A stretch of DNA of 63,614 bases, filler included, from Octopus bimaculoides (lineage: Eukaryota), in assembly GCF_001194135.2 (NCBI RefSeq). It is 9 parts of 7 records of this genome, joined end to end, with 100 filler letters (N's around TTAATTAATTAA, not from the genome) between each part and the next. Parts side by side here need not be neighbours in the genome. Positions count along the whole stretch, not along the records: positions 21,714 to 32,131 come from NC_068983.1; positions 32,232 to 40,439 come from NC_068983.1; 7 more parts are not named here. The stretch is one strand, 5' to 3'. Within the stretch, counting starts at the first letter, position 1, and the number at the start of each line of letters is the position of its first letter. The translations under genes and the position numbers were made by a program. The notes below the pieces were generated by a model. It saw only the letters and a program-made list of their open reading frames with translations, was not told where the DNA came from and ran no database searches. This document shows, piece by piece, positions 25,433 through 36,309 of the stretch.

Positions 25433-25605
25433 GTATACTATCCTAGTATACCTTCCTAGTATACCTTCTACATCAAGAATATATGCAAGGTAATCTCTTA
25501 GAGCCTGTGAAAAATGGTTCTGCAATTTCTTGCTGAACAACCTGCTCAGATAACAGTGACCACATGTTTGTGCAGCACATTAGCTCACTCCCTCATTCAA
25601 GTCAA

Positions 25606-25733
25606 CTTTGCCTGAATCATTACCGTGCTTGGCAAAATGCTTACCAGCTTTTCATCCAACTTTATGCTATCACTTCAAATTCCACCAAGGTCAACTTTGC
25701 CTTTCATTCTTTTGGGGGTCGATAGAATAAGCA
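25606..25733 (+). mobile_element. SINE family C fragment, near-identical inverted copy of 24953-25071
   Basis: About 118 bp with only a few differences from the reverse complement of 24953-25071. Confidence 0.85.
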
Positions 25734-25744
25734 TGGTGAGCTGC

Positions 25745-25882
25745 ACATCAGATGTTGAAGTGATCACAGAGCAACATAAGATGAAGTGGTTTTCTCAAGA
25801 ACAAAATGCACCACCCAGTCTGGGAATTAAACCTGCAATTTTGCAATTATGAGCACAACACCCTGACCTCTAGGACATGTGC
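25745..25882 (-). mobile_element. SINE family D, degenerate
   Basis: ATGAAGTGGTTTTCTCAAGAACA..GGAATTAAACC..ACACCCTGACC. Confidence 0.7.
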
Positions 25883-25885
25883 CCT

Positions 25886-26115
25886 CACAATAACAAAAAT
25901 ATTGATTTCAAATTTTGGCACAAGGCCAGCAAGGTCAGGGGAGGGTGTAAGTTGGTTACATCAACCCCAGTGCTCAACTGGTACTTATTTTAGCACCTCA
26001 AAAATGATGAAAGGCTAAGTTGACCTTGGCATAATTTGAACCCAGAAAGTAAAGATGGATGAAATGCCACCAAGCATTTTGCTTAGAGGTGCTAATGATT
26101 CTGCCAGCTTGCAGC
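25886..26115 (-). mobile_element. SINE family C
   Basis: CCCCAGTGCTCAACTGGTACTTATTT..GAAAGGCTAAGTTGACCTTGGC..AAGCATTTTG. Confidence 0.8.
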
Positions 26116-26782
26116 TCACAATACAAAAAATATTAACATTGCTAATAACACCTATGCATATTAATATCGAAATTCACTATAACTAGGTGCAAATGACCAT
26201 ACCTGAAATGGTGTTGATTATTGATCTGCTTGATCAGGTGTTGATTTGGGGCTAAACAACAACACCTGACAGCATAAGAATGTATAACTTTAGTTAGTTG
26301 ATATGGAACTAATGCAAGGGGAGAATTTCTCCTTCAACTATACTGTGCAATGTTTGGTATAGTACAGGCATATTAAATTACATCAATACTATTCCTAGTA
26401 TATTTTGAAGATACACAGACATCTAAGAGCTCTAATGTAGTAATTTCCAACAACATCCAGCCAAGAGAAATCATATCGATCAATAATGTGCATTGCATCT
26501 TGACAGACGCAAGACTTCTACAGACTGAAAATGAGACAGAAGATCAGATGTTCTGTGTCATCAGAACATCCGAGCCAGGCCTCTTCTTCAAGAGTCATCA
26601 AGAAAACTCGTTAACATGTGAAAGAAAAGGTTGACATGCTTCTGTATAATACATTTATATTATCTCTGCTGTTGTTGTTATTTGGCCCTAATCAGTCTTA
26701 ATCCCTGAAAAGCTATTTATCAAATATTCTCTTGCTGTTTAATTTTAATTTTCTCAGACATTATACTTAATACTCTATGTGT

Positions 26783-26940
26783 GCATATGGCCTAATGGTT
26801 AAGATGTTGTACTCACAATCATGAGATTGTGGTTTCAATTTTTGGACCAAGTGGTGCATTGCATTCTTGAGCAAAACACTTCATCTCACATTGCTCTGTG
26901 ATTACTTCAACTCCTGACATGTAGCATGCCTTACACCTGT
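26783..26940 (+). mobile_element. SINE family D, degenerate
   Basis: GTGCATATGGCCTAATGGTTAAG..TTCTTGAGCAAAACACTTCATCTCACATTGCTC. Confidence 0.75.
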
Positions 26941-28069
26941 CCAGGCAACATGAAACCGATGGTGGGAATGAGCTAATGTACACCACAAACATTTAATCAC
27001 TACTAATAAATCATTTCTACAGGTTGCTCAGCAAAACATTTCTTAGACTATGTGAGACTACCATTAAGACTTAAGACTTCCTTATCTGTGTTGTTCATTT
27101 TTAAGATGAACGGCTGTAATTTGAGGTAGATTGGGTAGCAATTTCTTGCAAAGTGAATGAGTATGTAGATACTTTCTCGCTAACTCATTTTCCATTTGGT
27201 ATCCACCTACATTGTACTGCAGTACAGTATAGGTAGATATCAAATGGCAAACAGTGAGATGGAAAAGCCACTACCTTTCTTCATAAACTTTTTCAAATAA
27301 ACACAAATTTACAATGTCTCCTTCTTAGCAGTTGATGACTAAACAAAATTAACAACATACAGCTTTAGGAAAGTTTGCTGACTGATATTAGATGTTTAAC
27401 TTGTTGAGATTTGGATAGTATCTGCTCTCATACATCCTTCAGTTGAAATGTAGTGCCCTTGTAAACATTCTCTTTGCATTCTACTTAGAGTTATTAGAGC
27501 TTGAACAAAATTCCTCAGGTACATATGTCTCCCAGTTATTTTTCAAACAATTTCATTGCTACTAAAGGGTAGTCTAAAATTACTAAGCAGTTAACCATAT
27601 CTGAAAATAAGCCAAATATAAAAAGGTTTTGAAGAAACCAACAAATGTAAAACTGATCTGGCCAGATCTGAAGACAAACTCTTCAATAATGCGACAACAC
27701 TAAAAATATGTGTGCATGCAATTACACTGTGTAACAAAATTTTAATTCTTTTTATGTTTTATTTTTTTTGGCTTTGGTCAGTAAGTGTTATTTCCTATTT
27801 GCTTTTATCTAGGAACCAAAGGAAATAATTACTATTCCATTCAAACTTTGCTTTTGTGACTTGGACATCAATGTTTTGAATTTGACTTATTTTCTGTTAC
27901 ATTTCAGATAGATTCAGTGCTGATTTGATGAAGCAGAAATATCGTTATTGCAAATATTTTAAATTCCATTAATACTATTAAATTTCATTCAATTTTAAGA
28001 AAGGTAAAATCGGACAGAATTTATGGGATGACCTGATATATATATATTAATGAAAAGTGCATTTAATAC

Positions 28070-28905
28070 TACAGAATGGCAAGAATGGATGAGGATAGCT
28101 GTGTGAAAAAGTGCCACACCCTAGTGGTTGAGGGAACCCGTGGAGAGGCAGGCCCAGGAAGACCTGGGAATGAGGTGGTGAAGCACGACCGCCAAACATT
28201 AGGCCTCACTGAGGCAATGACTTGTGACCGAGACCTTTGGAAATATGCTGTGCGTGAGAAGACCCGGCAAGCCAAGTGAGACTAAAATCTCTGCCAGGGA
28301 TGTAGCCAGCCCACTTATACGTAACGTTCCTTCATTGGACACTAAACTCCGCTTGCGAAGACCTGTTGAGGCAAGTGAAATCGAAACCGACATCTCTTCA
28401 TTGAACACTAAACTCGGCTTGCAAAGACCTGTTGGGGAAAGCAAAAGCGAAATCGTGATGGCACCTGTACCAGTAGATCACTAAGAGCACCATCCAAGCA
28501 TGATCGTTGCCAGAGCACCAGCCGTCTGACTTTCATGGCATGTAAATAGCACCATTTGAGTGTGATCGTTACCAACGTCACCTTCTTGGCACTTGGGCAT
28601 GTGAAAATACATTTGAGCGAGTTCGTTGCCAGTACCGTTGGACTGGCTCCTGTGCAGGTGGCAAGTAACATCATTTCGAGCGTGGCTATTGCCAGTACCT
28701 CCTGACTAGCTTTTGTGCCGGTGGCACGTAAAAGCACCCACTACACTCTCGAAGTGGTTGGCGTCAGGAAGGGCATCCAGCTGTAGAAACTCTGCCAAAT
28801 CAGATTGGAACCTGGTGTAGCCATCTGGTTCACCAGTCCTCAGTCAAATCGTCCAACCCATGTTAGCATGGAAAGCAGACGTTAAATGATGATGATGATA
28901 ATGAT
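28070..28905 (+). mobile_element. 5'-truncated RTE-clade LINE: RT C-terminus plus long 3'UTR and (GAT)n tail
   Basis: RMDEDSCVKKCHTLVVEGTRG.GRP..WNEVVKHD..LGLTEAMTCDRDLWKYAVREKTRQAK* (to 28279), then GGTTGGCGTCAGGAAGGGCATCC motif and GTTAAATGATGATGAT tail. Confidence 0.88.
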
Positions 28906-29780
28906 GTATATACATACATGCATATATATATGTGCATGTATATAATATACACACATGTATAATTCATTTCTTTGTTGGAAACTAAAGCTTCCGTATGGTA
29001 TATGTTATTGTCATTGTTGTCGTTATCGTCATCATCATAATCACATCTGTTTTTACTATACTTGTATAAGTAGATATCTGTGTGTGTCTGTGCATGTGCA
29101 TCCATGTGTGTGTTTGTGTGTGTATGGGAAGCAACTTTTTTTTAAGTCGTGCCACATTAAAAACATGACTGTATCATATTTTAAACATTCAGAAAAGAAT
29201 TCTTACATATAAAATAAATAAATAAATAAACAAATAAATACATACATAAATAAAAAGTTTAAAATATATACACCAGAATCCTATACAAAATTGCTTAAGA
29301 AAATTGTAGAATCTATCCAGATGCAAACAATAAACCCTGTCTTGAATAGAGAAGCAACATGTAAAATGTGATGCTGAGTCTTTACAATCGTAACAACCTC
29401 TTACTCTCTCCTTGTCTTCTCCCTCCTCATCTTTCTCCTCCTGTTCACTCCCTTTTCCTCCCCTCCACCTCTGCCATCTTTTCCCTGTCATTTCCCTTCT
29501 TCCTTCAAGACCTCTGACATTTGATAGCTTGAAAGGTCACCATCATACTAACTTTTTGCATGCACTGGAAACAAGAAACAATGTCAAGGTGTTAGACATG
29601 ATATTTCAAACAACGAATTTTCTTTAACGATCTCTTACATACGTATATCATTTATCTTTTTAGCTGTTACTCATTTCACTCATTAGACTGCAGCCATGCT
29701 AGAGCAGTACCTTGAATATTCTTTAGTTGAATGAATCAACTCCAGTACTTATTGTTTTTTATTTTTATTTGTAGGTGCAG

Positions 29781-30090
29781 ATGCAAGTGTGGCTGTGTGG
29801 TAAGAAGCTTGCTTCCCAACCACAGGGTTCTGGGTTCAGTTCTAGTGTGTGACACATTGGGCAAGTGTCTTCTACTATATCTATGTGTGTTTGTCATTGT
29901 GTCTGTGTTTGTTCTCCACCACTGATTACCAACCCTGTAACTTAGTGGTTTGGCAAGAGACCAATAGAATATGTACCAAGCTTAAAAAAATACATAAGTA
30001 CTGGGCTAAAAGATTCTACAAGATGGCGCCCCAGCATGGCTGCGGTCTAATGACTGAAACAAGTAAAAGAACAAAAAGGATAAAAGATAA
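29781..30090 (+). mobile_element. SINE family A
   Basis: GTGTGGCTGTGTGGTAAGAAGCTTGCTTCCC..CCCCAGCATGGCTGCGGTCTAATGACTGAAACAAG. Confidence 0.85.
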
Positions 30091-30100
30091 ACATATATAC

Positions 30101-30915
30101 ATACAAAGTGTTCAGGCTAAATTTGATAATGTTTTCATGTCTCCATTTTTAAAGAATAGCTTAATGTGTTGATAAACAGTCAATGGTATTGGATAGCATA
30201 AATATTAAAGCAGTGCTTGAGAAAAACTCAACTAACTTAGAGGACTGGGAACCATCTGAATATTGGGAAAGAGTTACCTGTATCATGAAGATTTGCATTG
30301 GGTGTCAAAATGCCGACATCATGACTACTGCAATGTAAAGGCTGTGAGATGTGACATGGACAGCTGTAATGGAAACTACAAACCCATGGCCCACAGAAAT
30401 GGACACAGCAAGTGTTCTGACTGTGTTATGACATAGGTATGTATGCACATCTGGTGTAAAAAGGCATTACACAAATTAATAGTTGGCTGTGGTTATCTAA
30501 AAATAAGCTATTGCAGAAATATATGTTAATACAGAATGCACTCCATACTACTTGAATGTAGGTATGATACTCATTATTCACTGTTCAACTACTGACTGTT
30601 AAACCAACACACGTTGAACTAACACCATCAACCAGCACGGTTGAACGGTTGAACTAACCCCTAGAAATCCAGAAAAGGTTGTTTGAGAATTTCTATGAAT
30701 TCACCAGACCCATTTTCTGGCTTCCTAACTCTGCTGATTATAATCCTATGGATTACTATGTGTGTGGCATGGTTGAGAAAGACATCAACTGCTCTGCTGG
30801 CAACACCAAGGCTGAGGTGGGGGCCCAGATCAAGGAAGTGCTTGAAAATTGTTCCGGAAACACAGTGAAGAATGCATATACCAGGTTCCAGAGTGATCTT
30901 CATATTTTTTGATTT
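30101..30915 (+). mobile_element. Internally deleted DD37D (maT) relic
   Basis: C-terminus FWLPNSADYNPMDYYVCGMVEKDIN..KNAYTRFQ (30679-30912). N-terminal-like KAVRCDMDSCNGNYK..HSKCSD near 30340-30425. The left boundary is approximate. Confidence 0.65.
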
Positions 30916-30984
30916 TTTAAAATACTTTCATTTTCAGATGGGATATTGCATTCCCTTTTCCTCCTCCCATGCAAGCCCTGTGTG

Positions 30985-31035
<51 letters not shown>

Positions 31036-31224
31036 TTTTATGTTTCTGTGAGTGAGCAAGTGAGTGAATGTATGTGTGTGTGTGTGTGGATTGGGGTATA
31101 TTCCTCAGGATTTATTAAACAGTCTTGTCAATCCAGCAGAGTTTAGTCTTAGAGAAGTAATTGATGTTGCGTGTATCTTGGCATGGAAGCAAGTTCTATG
31201 TTTGGGTCATACTGGAAAGCAGTA

Positions 31225-31272
31225 CCATTAGTAGTAGTAGTAGTAGTGGTACTAGTAGTAGTAGTGGTAGTG

Positions 31273-31308
<36 letters not shown>

Positions 31309-31392
31309 GTAACAGTGGTGGTGTTGGTAGTGGCATTGTAGATCATGGTGGTGGTGGTAATGGAAGCGGCAGCAGTAGTAGTAGTAGTAGAC
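31225..31392. repeat. Compound (GTA)n/(GCA)n/(GGT)n trinucleotide repeat
   Basis: Direct inspection. Confidence 0.9.
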
Positions 31393-31782
31393 TGTTTTGT
31401 AAAACTATTTGGTGGTGGATGATTGCAATAGCTGGCTGGATGGATGTAAAGCAAGCTATGACCATAGATTAATCCTTAGCTTGCAGCTTTGATAATCTAT
31501 GTATATCATATGTGTTTGGGGTGATGTGATATGATGTTATGCACAGTGTGTATATATGTGCATGTATGTGTGTGTGTGTGAGTGTATGTGTGTATCGTGT
31601 TTTTGTGCTTGTGAGTCTATATGTATGATGGCATGAGCAGCCCATGAAGAGTTGTTGCCCTATCTTTTCATATAGAGGACCATTTCCGGGGGTTTACTGA
31701 CACCCTGAGCAAGTTGAATTTTGACACACTTATAAAATATTAAAAAAAAATTTAAGCAACTCCTGCTGATCCCTACATGTTT

Positions 31783-32131
31783 ATCATCATCATCGTTTAA
31801 CGTCCGCTTTCCATGCTAGCATGGGTTGGACGATTTGACTGAGGACTGGTGAAACCGGATGGCAACACCAGGCTCCAATCTAATTTGGCAGAGTTTCTAC
31901 AGCTGGATGCCCTTCCTAACGCCAACCACTCAGAGAGTGTAGTGGGTGCTTTTACGTGTCACCCGCACGAAAACGGCCACGCTCGAAATGGTGTCTTTTA
32001 TGTGCCACCGGCACAAGCCAGTCCAGGGGCACTGGCAACGATCTTACTCGAAAATCCTACGGGAGCCAGTCAGGCGGTACTGGCAACGGCCACGCTTAAA
32101 ATGGTGCATCTCATGTGCCACCCGCACAAGA
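31783..32131 (-). mobile_element. RTE LINE 3'UTR/tail (same family as 28070)
   Basis: ATCATCATCATCGTTTAACGTCCGCTTTCCATGCTAGCATGGGTTGGACG..GGATGCCCTTCCTAACGCCAACC. Confidence 0.9.
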
Positions 32132-32444
32132 NNNNNNNNNNNNNNNNNNNNNNNNNNNNNNNNNNNNNNNNNNNNTTAATTAATTAANNNNNNNNNNNNN
32201 NNNNNNNNNNNNNNNNNNNNNNNNNNNNNNNTATTTATATATTTGATCCTTTATATTGAACACTCAATATTTCATCTACATTCAATACTTTATTTCATGG
32301 TGCCATCCATTTTTATTTTATTTTATATTATATATTGTATATTATATTATATATTGTATATTCCATATTCTATACCCCACATTAGTTCTGCAGGAATATA
32401 AATAAAACATAAAAAACAGACAGTGTTGGAACTCTTTTAAGCAA

Positions 32445-32479
<35 letters not shown>

Positions 32480-32702
32480 TAATAAAAGTTAATATTCAGT
32501 CATAGAGGGACCAATGATTTTACTTCCACAACAGCCTTAGCCTTGCAGATGTCCCATCAGACTCTAAAGCTGAAGACAAATGTAACTCTTCACCTCTGAG
32601 AGACAGGAATACTTTTTAATACTTTACTGCTGTATGCTGTAGAGTGTGCTTCTTTTTGGATATATGATACATTGATGATATATTTATATATATATATATA
32701 TA

Positions 32703-32818
32703 TATCTGTAAATATAATATGTGACAATTATTCGGTAGCCATGACAAAACTCTGAGTTTCGGATATCGGAGTTTAATCATGGCTACCGAATAATTGTCAC
32801 ATTATATTTACAGATAAA
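32703..32818. repeat. ~55-bp inverted repeat of the PLE-type element 3' part
   Basis: TATCTGTAAATATAAT..GTGACAATTATTCGGTAGCCATGA / TCATGGCTACCGAATAATTGTCACATTATATTTACAGATA. Confidence 0.85.
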
Positions 32819-32852
32819 TTCCTCTATTTACATNNNNNNNNNNTTTTGGATG

Positions 32853-32922
32853 GCCTGATAACTGAAGAGATGGCAGCATGGGTTTCCACTCCGATATCCG
32901 AAACTCGGAGTTTAATCATGGC
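32853..32922 (+). ncRNA. Degenerate type I hammerhead motif (PLE-type)
   Basis: GCC-TGATAA-CTGAAGA-GAT..ATCC-GAAAC-TC-G-GA-GTT-TAATCA-T-GGC. Palindromic stem III (AAACTC-G-GAGTTT); stem I has 1 mismatch; stem II is out of register by 1 nt. Confidence 0.55.
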
Positions 32923-33192
32923 TACCGAATAATTGTCACATTATATTTACAGATAAATTCCTCTATTTACATAATATCGAGGTCTCTTTCATTCTTTTGT
33001 TGTCTTACCATTTCTATCAATATATTTATATACATACATTATATAGTTAGGGTAAATCCCAGCTGTTTCCTCTTGCAGTGCATCTCCTTATTCCATTATT
33101 ATAATCAATATGTATCCATAGTTACTGTTGTATGTTAATTAATATACATATTAAAATTGAGAATTATGGTAATATTATTGGCAGAATTAGCA

Positions 33193-33308
33193 TATAACAA
33201 AACAGGGAAATGGAAATTTTTGGTATTTTTATTAAAAAATACCAAAAACTTTTGGTTATTATTTATTAAATAATGCCAAAAACATTTCCATTTTCCTGCT
33301 TTGTTATA
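33193..33308. repeat. Small palindromic MITE-like element
   Basis: Outer arms TATAACAAAACAGGGAAATGGAAAT / ATTTCCATTTTCCTGCTTTGTTATA enclosing two short palindromes. Confidence 0.65.
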
Positions 33309-33347
33309 TATGTATGTATGTATGTATCTATCTATCTATCTATCTAC

Positions 33348-33387
<40 letters not shown>

Positions 33388-33391
33388 GTAT

Positions 33392-33550
33392 GCAGGAGTG
33401 GTTGTGTGGTAAGAAGCATGCTTCCCAACAACATGGTTCTGGGTTCAGCCCCACTGCGTTGAACCTTGGACAAGTGTCTTTTACTATAGTCTCAGGCCGA
33501 CCAATGCCTTGTGAGTGGATTTGGTAGATGGAAACTGAAAGACGCCTGTC

Positions 33551-33594
<44 letters not shown>

Positions 33595-33803
33595 ATGTAC
33601 TTGTGTCTGTGTTTGTCCCTCCACCATTGCTTGACAACTGAGGTTTGTGTGTTTACATCCCCGTAACTTAGCAGTTCAGCAAAAGAGACTGATAGAATAA
33701 GTACTAGGCTTACAAAGAATAAGTCCTGGGGTCGATTTGTTTAACTAAAGGTGGTGCTCCAGCATGGCCACAGTCAAATGACTGAAACAAGTAAAAGAGT
33801 AAA
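33392..33803 (+). mobile_element. SINE family A, full length
   Basis: GCAGGAGTGGTTGTGTGGTAAGAAG..GTGCTCCAGCATGGCCACAGTCAAATGACTGAAACAAGTAAAAGAGT. Confidence 0.92.
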
Positions 33804-33910
33804 GTGTGTATACACACACACACACACATATATATGCATATATATATATGCACATACATACACTTGCATATATATGCATATAAATATATATGTGTGTGTG
33901 TGTATATATA

Positions 33911-34301
33911 TTCTTTTATTCCTTTATTCTTTTATTTGTTCCAGTCACTTGACTGCGGCAGCACCGCCTTTAGTCAAACAAATCAACCCCGGGACTTATT
34001 CTTTGTAAGCTTAGCGCTTATTCTATCAGTCATTATTGCCGAACTGCTAAGTTACAGGGATGTAAACACACCAACATCGGTTGTGAAATTACAATGGAGG
34101 TACAAACACAGACACACAAACACACAAATATATACGATGGGCTTCTTTCAGTTTCCATCTACCAAATCCACTCACAAGGTTTAAGGCCTTAGTCAGCCCA
34201 AGGCTATAATAGAAGACAGTTGCCCAAGGTGACAGGCAATGGGATAAACCTGGAACCATGTGGTTGGTAAGCAAGCTACTTACCACATAGCCACTCTTGC
34301 A
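33911..34301 (-). mobile_element. SINE family A, full length, tail-to-tail with previous copy
   Basis: Head ends ..TACCACATAGCCACTCTTGC; tail starts TTCTTTTATT..CCAGTCACTTGACTGCGGC. Confidence 0.9.
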
Positions 34302-34368
<67 letters not shown>

Positions 34369-34370
<2 letters not shown>

Positions 34371-34566
34371 ATTGCAGCGTGGAAGGTGTTTATAAGCCAT
34401 TTAAGAAACACACAAAAACCGTGCTGCATGGAGTTTTGTCAGTGAACAGGTCACGGTCTCAAAGCAACAAAAATATTTTGACAAATTAAATTTAAATGTT
34501 GAAGTGAACCTAACAGTTTTTGTGTGTTTCTTAAATGGCTTATAAACACCTTCCACGCTGCAATTG
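34369..34566. mobile_element. Fold-back MITE with ~52-bp TIRs
   Basis: CAATTGCAGCGTGGAAGGTGTTTATAAGCCATTTAAGAAACACACAAAAAC and its exact reverse complement ending 34566; sits in a (TA)n tract. Confidence 0.85.
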
Positions 34567-34980
34567 TTTTCATTCCAGCACATGATCTCAGATCAGGTCA
34601 CTTGCTATGCATGTACATCTCCATAATATATATATATATATGTTTACGCATGTATATGTGTGCGCATGCACTCACACACTTATGTCTTTTGATAAAGCTG
34701 ATCAAATGTTAATGTAGCTATAAATAATAGTTAATAATATATCAGGTAAAATATACCTCTGATGGAAAAAAAGTAGACAAAATCAACTTGGGAATCAAAC
34801 CTCATGCCTATCAGTTATCAAATGGCTGTGATGTCACAACACCATGGATCCTTGCAAAGAGCAAGGGTTCAAAATCCTAATATTGTTTGAGAATTTACTT
34901 TCATTGGTATGTAGGCTAGGATCTGGCAGAACATTTATGCTCTATATTCAGTGCAGAAAATGAAATAATAATAAGTAAGC

Positions 34981-35366
34981 AGGCACAGGCATGGCTGTGT
35001 GTTAAGAAGTTTACTTCTCAGTCACATAGTTCCAGGTTTAGTCCCACTGTGTGGCACCTTCGGCAAGTGTCTTCTACTATAGCCTTGGGCCAACCAAATC
35101 TTTGTGAGTGGGTTTGGTTAACAGAAACTGAAAGAAGTCTGTTGTATGTGAGTGTGTGTGTGTGTGTGTGTGTGTTTGTCCCCTACTACTACTTGACAAC
35201 TGGTGTTGGTGTGTTTACATCCCTGTAACTTGGTGGATTGGCGAAAAGAGACTTGTTTAACAAAAAATAAGTACTGGGTTGATCTATTTGACTAAAAAGA
35301 ATTCTATGAAGGAGTGCCCCAGCATGGCCACAGTCAAATGATGGAAGGAAATAAAAGATAAAAGAT
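34981..35366 (+). mobile_element. SINE family A, CpG-decayed
   Basis: GGCACAGGCATGGCTGTGTGTTAAGAAG..GTGCCCCAGCATGGCCACAGTCAAATGA. Confidence 0.85.
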
Positions 35367-36180
35367 GTATGAAAGCCAAAATAGTATTTTCTCTAGAATG
35401 GTATAAACACAGAATTTTAGAGGCAGCAAACGTCTTATAATAGCTGGCAGAAGTGAACTCCTGAAGTCAACCGACTTCAGAAAGAGCCATTTAGAAATAT
35501 AGTTTTAGTAGAAAACATTTTGTATAAGTTCTCACATTCTATAACATTTCAGAGTTGATTTGAGGGTGTTTTAAAGTGTCTATATAGTGAATAAGTTTGA
35601 ATAATTAAGAGATATCAAAATATCTCTAAATGTATGTGCAATTCTGAGTTATTGTTATAACATTCATTTATTAATTCTCATGTGAGAGGGAAGACATAGT
35701 CACAACCATTACTGTATTTCTCGCCAGAATACACTACCTGTGCATTTCATTTAAATTGTAAAATTATTGTGTGTTCAGACTATTTTCAAAAAACAACCAT
35801 AACTTTTATGTTTATTGACATATTAAAGTGATGTTTGAAACAAAACTTAACAAAAGGTTCTTACATAAATCTATAATGGACTTTTTGTCTCAATACAACT
35901 CTAATTATACTTAACTACAAGTAAATTCAGTGAAATAGAAGATTATTTAATTTTTTTTTTTGAAAAATTTATCCATTGTTCAGTTGGAATAAATAACAGA
36001 ATTTTAATGTAAGACAACAATTGTAGTATAGGACAACAAACAATAGTTGCGTATATTACTGGATTTTCAATTAAACTTGAGTGACTATGTCTCTATATAG
36101 AAATAAAGGTAGCATGATATAATGAAATGCATCAAAATGTTTTGAAAGTCCCCCTGAAGCACATTCAGACTCTGTCTGTC

Positions 36181-36268
<88 letters not shown>

Positions 36269-36271
36269 TAT

Positions 36272-36309
<38 letters not shown>

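Noticed and set aside
28490-28740. Regularly spaced GATCGTTGCCAG repeats resembling a CRISPR array
   Set aside because: Whole ~60-bp units are homologous (no unique spacers), they lie in an RTE 3'UTR, and the context is eukaryotic with no cas genes.
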